Shown: positions 18,940 through 27,684 of the stretch, piece after piece
How positions within the stretch are numbered: position 1 is the first letter of the stretch
Layout of the letters: every line of letters begins with the position of its first letter
Source: an uncultured Chloroflexia bacterium
Lineage (GTDB): Bacteria; Chloroflexota; Limnocylindria; Limnocylindrales; CSP1-4
Direction: 5' to 3'
Assembly: GCA_963712745.1 (NCBI GenBank)
Contig: CAVQJC010000002.1
Location: forward strand, 32,001-96,000
DNA length: 64,000 nt
The notes under the pieces: model-generated
The model's database searches: none
The model's input: only the letters and a program-made list of their open reading frames with translations
What the model was told of the DNA's origin: nothing
Made by a program: the position numbers and the translations under genes

Positions 18940-21513
18940 TCAGCCGGGCCCGGGGATATAGCAGCCGCGTGGGACCGTTGTCGATCCTGGTTGGCAGGTC
19001 GGCGCCGGAGCCGGGCCGTCGGGCTCTCCACGACGCCGCTGGGGGGTACTGCTGCCGCGGCTATCACTGCTGTCGTCCCTCCCGGCGCCGGTCGAGCCGC
19101 TCGACTCAGGCGTCGTGGTCGGGACGATGGGCACCGTCCGGTCCACTTGCCGCCTGCCGCCGGGCTGCGTGCCCTGGATGTAGAGCTCAGTCCCGCCCGC
19201 GCCCATGATGGGCCCCCGCACCACACTCTTTGGTCGCTTGAACCTGGGGGCTGGCTTCCCGTTCATGTACTCGCGCACGAAGGCCACCCAGGTCTGACCG
19301 GCGTTGTCCATCGAGTACCGAAGAAGACCGAGGTTGGGGCTCGAGCTGTCGCTGTTGCCGTACCAGACCCCGACCGCGAGGGCGGGCTGCTTCTTGTTCT
19401 TGGGCATCGGCAGGAAGCCGTAGGTCGAGTAGTCCCTCAGCTCGTTGGTCGTGCCGGTCTTGACCGCCGCCTCACGACGGGAGCGATCCCGCGTGTTGTG
19501 CAGCTCGAAGACCGCACCCCAGGCAGGGTTCACGGCACGGTTCGTATTGCCCGAGAGGATGTCGGCCATGATGAAGGCGGTGGACGGCTTCCACACCTGC
19601 CGCGTGTTGGGCTTGCCGGCCTCATAGATGACCTCGCCGTCGGGTGCCACGACCTTCAGCACGTAGCGTGGCTGAGTGACCTTGCCGCTGTTGCCGAAGG
19701 CTCCGAAGGCCGACGTCATGTCCAGCGGCCGGACTTCGACCGTCCCGAGGGCTCCCGCCAGGCTGGCTTCGTCGAGCATCTTGTCATTGCCGCCGAGGAA
19801 CGAGAAGCCTGCCTTCACCGCATACCTCCGGACGTTGGCGATGCCCACGCGCTGGAGGGCCCGGATGGCCGGGACATTGAGCGATTGCTGGATCGCGTCG
19901 CGAACCTTGATCGGTCCCCGGTACTGCCCATCCGCGTTCCTCGGCGTCCAGCCTGGGCCGAACTGCTCCTGCTTGTCGAGGAGGAAGGTAGCCGCGGTCA
20001 ACCTCTCCGTATCGATTCCCGTGGCGTATAGGATCGGCTTCCAGGCCGAGCCCGGCTGTCGATAGGAGCCTCCGATGTGGTCGACCTGCGGTGCGAACTG
20101 TGGCGTCTTCTTGCGGTAGTAGCCAGCAGACCCGACGTAGGCGAGGATGTCGCCGCTGCGGTAGTCCAGCGCGACCATGGCGCCGTTGCGGAGGTTGGAA
20201 CCGCGGAGGCGCTCGATCCAGCTGGCGTCCTTGCGGAGCTTGAGCTTGTCGAGCAGCCTGTAGAACTGCGTGGATCCCACGTTGGGCAGGACCGCACCCG
20301 CCCGGATGACGTTCTCGCCGAGCCGCTGAGCCCGCATGTCCAGCGTGGTCAAGACCTTGTAGCCACCGCGCTGGATGGGATCGCGGTCTGCGATGATCCT
20401 CTGCAGCTCGGGGATGAGCGCACTGACGAAGTGCGGTGCCTTCCAGCGCCGCGCTCGGGGCGGTTTCAGGACGACGGGCTCGTCAAGCGCGGCCTTGAGC
20501 TGCTCCTCGTCCAGAACGGTCCAGCGACCCTTGCCGTCGGCGAGACGCCGAAGGATGAAATTGCGCCGGATGATGGGCGCGGACTCTCGGCACTTGGGCT
20601 TGGGCACGGACCCACAGGTGGGCACGACCAGGCGGGTCTGGCGCATACCCTTGCCCCTCTTGGGACCCACCTTCTCACGCTTGGCGAACTTGTAGGGATC
20701 GAGCAGCGAGGGTGCCTGCGGCAAACCTGCCAGGAGCGCGGCCTCCGAGACGGTCAGCTCGCCCAGCCTCTTGCCGAAGTAGACATCGGCCGCGGCGGCG
20801 ATGCCATACGAGTTCTGTCCATAGAAGATCTCGTTGAGGTAGGCGGTGATGATGTCCTTCTTGCCCTGCTCACCAGGGAAGGCCTGCGTCAGCTTGTAGG
20901 CCTGGATGAGCTCCTTGGCCTTGCGCGTGTAGAGCCCTTCCTGGGTGTTGTCCTGCTCGACCACCTGCGGCGGCAACAGCCGAGCCCGGACGAGCTGTTG
21001 GGTGATCGTGGACGCACCACCGCGCTCGCCGCCGCCGACTGCCTCCTGCGCGAAGGCATTGAGCGTGGCCTCGAGATCGAAGCCCAGGTTATCCCAGAAG
21101 GTGTCGTCCTCCACCGCCGTCGTGGCGTCCAGGACGAAGAGCGGGATCTCGTCGAACTCGACGACGTTGCGGCGCTCCTCGTAGAAGCGGGCCAGCTCCG
21201 TCTTGCCCGTGCGGTCGAGGATGCGCGTGGGCTGTGAGAACCCGAGATCCCTGAAGGCGCGCACGTCCGGAAGGCCCTCGTCGAGCACGGCGATGGCCAT
21301 GCCGGCGACGCCGCCGATCGCGATCACCGAGGTGGACGCGATGGTCATGACCGCGATAAGCAGGACCACGATCACGGGCCCGAGGCCCGGGGATGCGTGC
21401 TTCTGCTTGTGGCTGCGAGTTACGGCAAGTCGGGCCGCGAAGGAACCACGACGACGGTTCCCATTCCCATACCCATTGTGGGAGCGACGACCCTTCCCGG
21501 GGCGGTATGGCAT
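18940..21513 (-). CDS. Class A penicillin-binding protein (GT51 transglycosylase + transpeptidase)
   Basis: EDDTF, GASTITQQL, RKAKE, YLNEIFYG; transpeptidase motifs SAWK, SLN and KTGT; one N-terminal TM helix. Confidence 0.93.
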   Translation of the reverse strand: MPYRPGKGRRSHNGYGNGNRRRGSFAARLAVTRSHKQKHASPGLGPVIVVLLIAVMTIASTSVIAIGGVAGMAIAVLDEGLPDVRAFRDLGFSQPTRILDRTGKTELARFYEERRNVVEFDEIPLFVLDATTAVEDDTFWDNLGFDLEATLNAFAQEAVGGGERGGASTITQQLVRARLLPPQVVEQDNTQEGLYTRKAKELIQAYKLTQAFPGEQGKKDIITAYLNEIFYGQNSYGIAAAADVYFGKRLGELTVSEAALLAGLPQAPSLLDPYKFAKREKVGPKRGKGMRQTRLVVPTCGSVPKPKCRESAPIIRRNFILRRLADGKGRWTVLDEEQLKAALDEPVVLKPPRARRWKAPHFVSALIPELQRIIADRDPIQRGGYKVLTTLDMRAQRLGENVIRAGAVLPNVGSTQFYRLLDKLKLRKDASWIERLRGSNLRNGAMVALDYRSGDILAYVGSAGYYRKKTPQFAPQVDHIGGSYRQPGSAWKPILYATGIDTERLTAATFLLDKQEQFGPGWTPRNADGQYRGPIKVRDAIQQSLNVPAIRALQRVGIANVRRYAVKAGFSFLGGNDKMLDEASLAGALGTVEVRPLDMTSAFGAFGNSGKVTQPRYVLKVVAPDGEVIYEAGKPNTRQVWKPSTAFIMADILSGNTNRAVNPAWGAVFELHNTRDRSRREAAVKTGTTNELRDYSTYGFLPMPKNKKQPALAVGVWYGNSDSSSPNLGLLRYSMDNAGQTWVAFVREYMNGKPAPRFKRPKSVVRGPIMGAGGTELYIQGTQPGGRRQVDRTVPIVPTTTPESSGSTGAGRDDSSDSRGSSTPQRRRGEPDGPAPAPTCQPGSTTVPRGCYIPGPG

Positions 21514-21701
21514 CTGCGGCTCATTGTGCACCTCCACGGGCGCGGGCGCGAGATCCGTGTGTGCGTGCTCCTGCGCGACGAGCCAGAGCTCCCTTGGCAC
21601 CGTAGGACAGGGGGCACTGCCGCGGACCGCGATCATCAACCCGCGGCACAAGGTCGGCCTCGCTCGACGTGAAACGTGACGGTCGTGGTTATACTTCGGG
21701 T

Positions 21702-21938
21702 ATGAAGACCGCCGTTTCAGTCCCCACCGAGGTCTACGAGCAAGCTGAGGAGCTCGCGCAGCGAACTGGCCGAACGCGCAGTGAGATCTACAGCACGGCC
21801 TTGCGCGACTACCTCGCCCACCAGCAGACCGTGCCGGTGACGGCCGCTATGGACCGGGCCCTCGAAGAGATCGACCCCAGGCCTGATCCGTTCCTGGATG
21901 CGACAGCGCGTGAGACGTTGGCAGAAGCGGAGTGGTGA
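21702..21938 (+). CDS. Ribbon-helix-helix antitoxin (ChpI/MazE-like)
   Basis: MKTAVSVPTEVYEQAEELA...RSEIYSTAL; overlaps the toxin start. Confidence 0.88.
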   Translation: MKTAVSVPTEVYEQAEELAQRTGRTRSEIYSTALRDYLAHQQTVPVTAAMDRALEEIDPRPDPFLDATARETLAEAEW

Positions 21939-22276
21939 TCAGCCAGGGAGACGTCTGGTGGACGGATCTGCCTGACCCAGCGGGCTCAGAGTCAGGCTTT
22001 CGCAGACCGGTGATCGTCGTGCAGGGCGACCCCCTGAACCGCAGCCGAATCTCAACGGTCGTGTGCGTGGTTGTGACCAGCAACCTGAAGTGGGCCAGAG
22101 CACCGGGCAACGTCCGGCTCGCCGCGCGTGAGTCGGGCCTGCCGCGAGACTCCGTGGTCAACGTGTCGCAGATCTTCACGCTCGACCGCTCGCGACTGAC
22201 CGATCACGTGGGCGAGGTCGGGACCGCCAAGCTCGACACGATACTCGCCGGCATCGACGTCGTCCTGGGGCGATAG
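21932..22276 (+). CDS. mazF: PemK/MazF family endoribonuclease toxin
   Basis: QGDVWWTDLPDP.GSE.GFRRPVIVVQ, TSNL, GLPRDSVVNVSQIFTLDRSRL. Confidence 0.93.
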   Translation: MVISQGDVWWTDLPDPAGSESGFRRPVIVVQGDPLNRSRISTVVCVVVTSNLKWARAPGNVRLAARESGLPRDSVVNVSQIFTLDRSRLTDHVGEVGTAKLDTILAGIDVVLGR

Positions 22277-22599
22277 CGACCAATCGACCGGCCGATGTCG
22301 CCAGGCGCTATGGCCCGGATCCATAGACCGCAGCGCCTCGGTTCCAATGCTTGACTCTGGCGATCCACGGTCGTCGCCCCAGCGCGACCGACGCCTGCGC
22401 TGACCCCTTCGTGGCCGCCGCCACTCCGGTAGGAAGGCTTGGAGTGGCCGCGGCCCTGGGCGACCAGGACCCAGGGCCGGACCAGATGCCGCCGGGACCA
22501 GGAACGGTGGCACGCATCGTGGCCTGGGGCACACAGCCACCGATCTGTGTGGCCGGCGAGCCACATCACGCGGTGGTCGGTGCCTGCGCGTCCTCGCGA

Positions 22600-22659
22600 T
22601 TCGCAAACAGCAGGTCCTCGGTCCAGGTCCGAGCGTCGGCTCCATTCCCCGCACGCGAC
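22600..22659 (+). repeat. Degenerate tRNA-Thr-like 3' half plus conserved tail (copy 1)
   Basis: TTCGCAAACAGC-AGGTC-CTCGG tccaggt CCGAG-CGTCGGC-T-CCA, then ttccccgcacgcgac. Confidence 0.8.
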
Positions 22660-22818
22660 AGAGGCGGCTGCGCGATCGGAGGGCGAGCGGCCGGTCGAAA
22701 GCGGCACGACTCGTGATAGGGCGCGAGTGGCTGGTTCTCGGAATCGCTTCCGCGGGTCAGGATGCCCAGGTGAAGGCGCCGCTGGATGGGCCGAACCACC
22801 TTGAGCGGACCTCGCCGC

Positions 22819-23226
22819 CTATCGGTGTGTAAGCCGCTCCACGGGCTGGCCGGTGATGTCTGCGATGAGCTCGAAGTCCTTGTCAAGATGCAGGACCGTC
22901 AGTCGTGCCACTTCAGCGGTCGCGGCGATGAGCAGGTCAGGGATGGATGGAGCGCGGTGTTGACCACGGTCGGCGAGCGCGGTCTGGACCCGGACAGCTC
23001 GATCCTCGATCACCGGCGTGAGGTACTCAGTAGGCATCGTCGCCAGCGGCGGCCGCGCGAACCCCGACCGCAGGTCGTCCGCAGTGCGAGCGGAGAACCC
23101 GACCTCAAGACGCGTGACGGTGCTGACCCGCACCAGCCCGCGCTGGATCCTTGACGCCCATTCGCCTGCATCGGGACTCTGAGCGAGGCGGACAAGCGCG
23201 GACTTGTCGATCAGCCAGACGGTCAC
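22819..23226 (-). CDS. vapC: VapC/PIN-domain toxin
   Basis: [36 protein letters not shown]. Confidence 0.93.
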   Translation of the reverse strand: MTVWLIDKSALVRLAQSPDAGEWASRIQRGLVRVSTVTRLEVGFSARTADDLRSGFARPPLATMPTEYLTPVIEDRAVRVQTALADRGQHRAPSIPDLLIAATAEVARLTVLHLDKDFELIADITGQPVERLTHR

Positions 23227-23444
23227 GACCAAGCATCGTCCATGACGTCGACATCGGCGAGGTCCACGAACGACTCCGCAAAGCGGGCGAGGTCGTCGAC
23301 GGTCACTTCGGCGATGGCGCCGTTCTTCTCGCGTGCGAGCGTTCGCCGGAGGTACTCGGTACGCGACAGGCCTGCTCGATTTGCCCTGGCGTCAATCGCT
23401 GCGAGGACGTCGTCGGGTATGTCACGGATCAGGATGTCGGCCAT
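23223..23444 (-). CDS. vapB: VapB/FitA-like RHH antitoxin
   Basis: [32 protein letters not shown]; GTGA overlap with the toxin. Confidence 0.9.
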   Translation of the reverse strand: MADILIRDIPDDVLAAIDARANRAGLSRTEYLRRTLAREKNGAIAEVTVDDLARFAESFVDLADVDVMDDAWS

Positions 23445-23465
23445 CGGTGCGCTCCAGGAGGCAAG

Positions 23466-23483
23466 TGATATACAACGATATCA
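23466..23483. promoter_or_regulatory. Probable TA autoregulatory operator
   Basis: TGATAT-N6-ATATCA inverted repeat just upstream of vapB. Confidence 0.55.
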
Positions 23484-23576
23484 TGCCCTGGCAAGACGAT
23501 ACGGAATGCCTTGACAAGACAGTACCGGCGGGAATCTGGGCCGGGCGCGGTGAACCAGGCCTGCTGGCGGGATACC

Positions 23577-23615
23577 GGCGCACCCGGCGAGACTCGAATT
23601 CACGACCATCTGGTC
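23577..23615 (-). repeat. Direct-repeat copy of the tRNA-Arg(GCG) 3' half (att-like scar)
   Basis: ggcgcacccggcgagactcgaattcacgaccatctggtc matches 33875-33913 at 36 of 39 nt in the same orientation and ends at the anticodon. Confidence 0.88.
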
Positions 23616-23784
23616 GGTGGTGGCGCCTCATCACAGCTGAGCCCCGTGCCGGGCCCGATCGAGCTCGACCAGGAGGTCGATCTCGCCGCGTGACCCTTGT
23701 CAGCCGCTCCAGACAGCGTCGCACCTCTTGCCCGATCCCCAGACCGAAGGCGATATGACGGACACCACGGGCTCCTCCTCGGGG

Positions 23785-24213
23785 TCAGGCGGCTATCGGA
23801 TTCCGCCAGCGGACCTCGGTGAACCGGGCGAAGTCCGTATCGGCCGAGCAGATCTCCAGGCCGTGCTCGATGGCGAGCGCGGCAAGATGGGCGTCGGGGA
23901 CCAGATTCCCGGAGATCCGATAGCGATCGAGGAGTCCCGCGAGCACGTCAGCGTGTCGTGCCGTCGCGGCTGGCGTCCAGACCAGGTCGACGCCGAGCCA
24001 ATCGTGGACGAAGCGCCAGGCATCGGCCGGTCTGAGGGGCTGAGCCGTCGCCCGCGGATGCGTGGTGATGCGGAGGAATGCGGCCAGTGACTCCCACGGG
24101 AGGCCGACCCGTCGATCGCCATTCAGTTGATCGGTCAGCCAGTCCGAGGCCTTGCCATGTTCGGGCAGCGTCGCGTCGACCGCGTAGATGAGCAGGTTGG
24201 CATCGATCAGCAT
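23785..24213 (-). CDS. vapC: VapC/PIN-domain toxin
   Basis: MLIDANLLIYA, FLRITT, GNLVPDAHLAALAIEHG, SADTDFARF. Confidence 0.93.
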   Translation of the reverse strand: MLIDANLLIYAVDATLPEHGKASDWLTDQLNGDRRVGLPWESLAAFLRITTHPRATAQPLRPADAWRFVHDWLGVDLVWTPAATARHADVLAGLLDRYRISGNLVPDAHLAALAIEHGLEICSADTDFARFTEVRWRNPIAA

Positions 24214-24229
24214 GAGCGATGGGTTCGCG

Positions 24230-24460
24230 TCAGCGAGCCGACGGCCCGTCGAGCCGCTCCAGCGCCTCCGCGACATTCGACACGTCGACCCTCAGGCCGA
24301 TCCTTGCGGTGCGTTGGCGAAATGGCGCGCGCCTGGGTTTCTGGCTCAGGCCCGCCCGGGCCAGCTGATTGACGGCCTCGCTCAGGCCCAGGCCACGCTC
24401 ATGCCGCAGGCGCTCGATCGCGACCGCCACGTCATCGTCGAGGTTCACCGTCGTTCGCAT
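24230..24460 (-). CDS. vapB: VapB/CopG-like antitoxin
   Basis: MRTTVNLDDDV...GLSEAVNQLARAGL. Confidence 0.9.
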   Translation of the reverse strand: MRTTVNLDDDVAVAIERLRHERGLGLSEAVNQLARAGLSQKPRRAPFRQRTARIGLRVDVSNVAEALERLDGPSAR

Positions 24461-24472
24461 GCGCCAATCGTA

Positions 24473-24497
24473 GCATCATGATGCGCCGACATCGATG
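24473..24497. promoter_or_regulatory. Probable TA operator palindromes
   Basis: Perfect palindromes GCATCATGATGC (24473-24484) and CATCGATG (24490-24497) upstream of the antitoxin ATG. Confidence 0.55.
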
Positions 24498-24589
24498 CAT
24501 GCGTGCCGGCTCTGAGACCGCACGGGTCGTGCGCGTGCGGTTCCCTGCGATCTGAAGGGGGAGTGGGCCCCCATGGCCTCCCTGCGGCG

Positions 24590-24647
24590 TCATAGAAGCA
24601 GGTCCTCGGTCCAGATCCGAGTATCGGTCCCACTCCCCGAACGTGAC
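24590..24647 (+). repeat. Degenerate tRNA-Thr-like 3' half plus conserved tail (copy 2)
   Basis: TCATAGAAGC-AGGTC-CTCGG tccagat CCGAG-TATCGGT-C-CCA, then ctccccgaacgtgac. Confidence 0.75.
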
Positions 24648-24786
24648 CCCGCACCGGTGACGCAGGCGCGTCGTTCTTGACCAGCGTGAGATCCATCGGG
24701 ATGGGCGGCGGACCGCGGTTGACAGTGGCCGGCGGAGACGCCGGGACGGCGGTCGACGGTGGCGAAACCTTCGGCCCCTGCTCGCG

Positions 24787-25452
24787 TCATCGGTCCTCCC
24801 CCGACCGGGACGCGGCGCGGTCGAGCCCGTCGATGATGAGGTCGAGGCCGAAGTCGAACGAGGCCCCGAACGAGTAGCTACCGCGCATGACCCAGTCGGT
24901 CGTGAAGGCGGATAGCGCCGGATAGGCGGCGAAGGTCTCATCGACGAGGTCCTCCGCGAGCTCGACGATCTCCTCCCCTCCGCCGCCGGGCAGGTTCGCC
25001 TCCTCCAGGGCGAAGCCGTAGACGAAGCTGTCGAGGGTTGCGTACGCATGGGCGGTCAGCTCCCAGGACAGGCCGCCACGGCGGAGTGTCGCGATGACGG
25101 CATCGTGGTGGCGCAGCATTGCCGGGCCTGGCGTCGGGCGCGACTCCATCAGCGGAGGCGCCCAGGGATGTCGGCGCAGGACCTCGCGTGCCGATACGCA
25201 TCGCTCGCGGATGGCCGCTCGCCAGTCGAGCTCGCCGTCCGGTAACGCGATCTCATCGAAGACCCGATCGACCATGCCGTCGATGATCCCGTCCTTCGAG
25301 GGGACATGGTGGTAGATGGTCATGGGTCTGACGCCCAGGGCCTCGGCCAGGCGACGGATCGTGAATCGCTCGATGCCGATGTCGTCAGCCAACGCCACAG
25401 CCCCATCGAGGACGCGATCGGGTGTGAGGGAAGGCCTCGTGGCGGTGTCCAT
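24787..25452 (-). CDS. TetR/AcrR family regulator (TetR_C type)
   Basis: FTIRRLAEALGVRPMTIYHHVPSKD HTH, LRRHPWA, DSFVYGFALEE, FDFGLDLIIDGL. Confidence 0.93.
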   Translation of the reverse strand: MDTATRPSLTPDRVLDGAVALADDIGIERFTIRRLAEALGVRPMTIYHHVPSKDGIIDGMVDRVFDEIALPDGELDWRAAIRERCVSAREVLRRHPWAPPLMESRPTPGPAMLRHHDAVIATLRRGGLSWELTAHAYATLDSFVYGFALEEANLPGGGGEEIVELAEDLVDETFAAYPALSAFTTDWVMRGSYSFGASFDFGLDLIIDGLDRAASRSGEDR

Positions 25453-25462
25453 CGATCTCCTC

Positions 25463-25519
25463 TTGACTGGGTCGTACTTAGTACGATACCATGACCGCCA
25501 AGAGCCGTACTTAGTACGA
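25463..25519. promoter_or_regulatory. Two TetR operators overlapping a sigma70-like promoter
   Basis: CGTAC-TTA-GTACG palindromes at 25472-25486 and 25506-25518; TTGACT (25463) and TACCAT (25487) on the + strand. Confidence 0.75.
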
Positions 25520-25542
25520 ATCAGACGACGAAGGAGTTCGAG

Positions 25543-26586
25543 ATGCAGACGACGACCCGCGACGAGGCGGTCGCGACAGGGATGGCGAATGAGCAAGCGG
25601 CGACAGCGACGATGCGTGCGATCGTCCAGCGAGCGTACGGCTCAGCGGAGACGCTCGAGCTTGGCGACATCGCGCGACCGACGGTCGCTGCCGACGAGGT
25701 GCTCATCGAGGTCCACGCCGCTGGCGTCGACCGCGGCGTCTGGCACCTCATGACCGGGATGCCGTATCTCGTCCGACTGATGGGCTACGGCCTGCGTCGA
25801 CCGGCGCAGCCGGTGCCGGGGGCGGACGTCGCCGGGCGCGTCGTAGCGATCGGCGATGATGTGGAGCGCTTCGGCGTGGGCGACGAGGTCTTCGGCATCG
25901 CCGACGGCTCGTTCGCGGAGTTCGCGGTCGCGAAGGAGCACAAGCTCGCCCACAAGCCTGCCTCGATCACGCACGAGCAGGCGGCAGTCGCCTCGATCTC
26001 CGGTATCACCGCGCTCCAGGCATTGGCCGACATCGGCAAGGTCGAGGCGGGCCAGCACGTGCTCGTGATCGGGGCTTCCGGGGGCGTCGGCAACTACGCG
26101 GTCCAGATCGCGAAGGCCATCGGCGCGTACGTCACCGGCGTCGCGAGCACCGCCAAGCTCGAGCTCGTTCGGTCACTCGGGGCCGACGACGTCATCGACT
26201 ACACGGCCGACGACTACCTCGACGGATCCCGGCGCTTCGACCTCATCATCGATATCGGCGGCCGCAACCCGCTGCGACGTCTGCGCAAGGCGCTGACGTC
26301 TGCGGGCACGCTCGTCATCGTCGGCGGCGAGGGCGGGGATCGGCTCACGGGCGGCATGGCCCGCCAGATCGGCGCGCTGCTCTGGTCACCGTTCGTATCA
26401 CAGCGGCTGACGATGTTCATCAGCACGGAGGACCACCGCTTCATCGACCGGCTCGCCGAGTTCATCGAGCGGGGAGAGGTCACCCCACCCGTGGGTGCGC
26501 GCTACGCGCTGGAGGATGCGCCAGCGGCTATCGCGGATCTGGCGGCCGGACGCGCCGAGGGCAAGTCGGTCATCCTCGTCCGCTAG
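25543..26586 (+). CDS. NAD(P)-dependent MDR oxidoreductase (zinc-independent, quinone-reductase-like)
   Basis: VPGADVAG, GDEVFG, VIGASGGVG, LGADDVIDY. Confidence 0.9.
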   Translation: MQTTTRDEAVATGMANEQAATATMRAIVQRAYGSAETLELGDIARPTVAADEVLIEVHAAGVDRGVWHLMTGMPYLVRLMGYGLRRPAQPVPGADVAGRVVAIGDDVERFGVGDEVFGIADGSFAEFAVAKEHKLAHKPASITHEQAAVASISGITALQALADIGKVEAGQHVLVIGASGGVGNYAVQIAKAIGAYVTGVASTAKLELVRSLGADDVIDYTADDYLDGSRRFDLIIDIGGRNPLRRLRKALTSAGTLVIVGGEGGDRLTGGMARQIGALLWSPFVSQRLTMFISTEDHRFIDRLAEFIERGEVTPPVGARYALEDAPAAIADLAAGRAEGKSVILVR

Positions 26587-26726
26587 GATCGCCCGGCAGG
26601 CGGCTGCGCGGGCTCCGAGGCTGGCCGAGGAGTCCGTCCTCGCTGATGAAGGCACCAAGCATCGTGCCGAGCGCTTCTGAGGCGCTTGACTTACATCACC
26701 GACTCGACGAGTGATATCATCTGACC

Positions 26727-26969
26727 ATGATCCGTACGCAAGTGTCCCTTACCCCAGAGCAGATGCGACGGCTCCGTCAGGAGGCACGCCGCCGGCACGT
26801 CTCCCTCGCAGCCGTCGTGCGCGATGCCGTCGATCGTGTCGTGCCCGACGAGGATGAGCTACGGCACGATCGTGTCGATGCGCTCCTGAGCGTGGCCGGG
26901 TCTGTGGCCTCGGGTAGCGGCACGGTCGCGAGAGACCATGACGAGGTGCTGGCGGAAGGTCGCTGGTGA
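26727..26969 (+). CDS. vapB: CopG/RHH antitoxin
   Basis: MIRTQVSLTPEQ..RLRQEA...SLAAVVRDAV...ARDHDEVL. Confidence 0.88.
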   Translation: MIRTQVSLTPEQMRRLRQEARRRHVSLAAVVRDAVDRVVPDEDELRHDRVDALLSVAGSVASGSGTVARDHDEVLAEGRW

Positions 26970-27358
26970 CCCTGTTCGTGGACACCAGCGGGATCATCGC
27001 CTTGGTCGACCGCGATGATGCAGCACATACTGGGGCCGTAGCGGCGTTTTCCATGGGCCACGACGAGCCGCTCGTGACACATGCCTACGTAGTCGTCGAG
27101 ACCCTTGCCGTCGCTCGACGGCGCTTCGGCGCCGCCGTCGCTGCCGACCTGGTCGATCGCGTCCTGCCCGCCCTCGTGGTGCATGAGGTGGACTCGGAGC
27201 TCCATGCCTCGGCGCTCGTGGCCTTCCGCGAGACCATCGAGTCTTCGGTCTCACTCGTAGACCGGACGAGTTTCGCGTTCATGCGTCGCGAGGCTATCGG
27301 CCGCGCCATCGCGCTCGACGTGGACTTCAGGACAGCGGGGTTCGAGACGGTCCCCTGA
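26966..27358 (+). CDS. vapC: VapC/PIN-domain toxin
   Basis: LFVDTSG, VVVETL, SLVDRTSF, ALDVDF..AGF. Confidence 0.92.
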   Translation: MTLFVDTSGIIALVDRDDAAHTGAVAAFSMGHDEPLVTHAYVVVETLAVARRRFGAAVAADLVDRVLPALVVHEVDSELHASALVAFRETIESSVSLVDRTSFAFMRREAIGRAIALDVDFRTAGFETVP

Positions 27359-27381
27359 CGTCCGCGCGGCGTACTTTGGGA

Positions 27382-27442
27382 TCCGCAAACGGCGGGTCCT
27401 CGGGGCAGATCCGAGCGTCGGCTCCACACCCCGAGCGTGAAC
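27382..27442 (+). repeat. Degenerate tRNA-Thr-like 3' half plus conserved tail (copy 3)
   Basis: TCCGCAAACGGC-GGGTC-CTCGG ggcagat CCGAG-CGTCGGC-T-CCA, then caccccgagcgtgaac. Confidence 0.78.
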
Positions 27443-27684
27443 TGGCCCCGTTTCGGGCTACCGGCTGCCTGGAACAGCATGCCCTGACCTCCGCGCTGAC
27501 CCCTGGCTACTCCGTCAACCTTGCACGAAGACCGCCACCGTCGGTCCGTCTGGCGAGCACCTGGCCGCGTTCTCGACAAGGTCGGTGGCCATGCGCGCGA
27601 CGCTGTCGCCGGCATGCCCCGCTTGACCAGGAAGAGCGAGAGGGTCGAGGGGAGTGACCGGCCTCGATATCCCGGTCGAAGCCG

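Noticed and set aside
16567-20031. 1154-aa plus-strand ORF
   Set aside because: High-GC antisense shadow across three real minus-strand genes; no recognisable motifs.
22600-27442. Functional tRNA genes at the Thr-like repeats
   Set aside because: No 5' acceptor strand or D-arm upstream, and the T-loops lack TTC.
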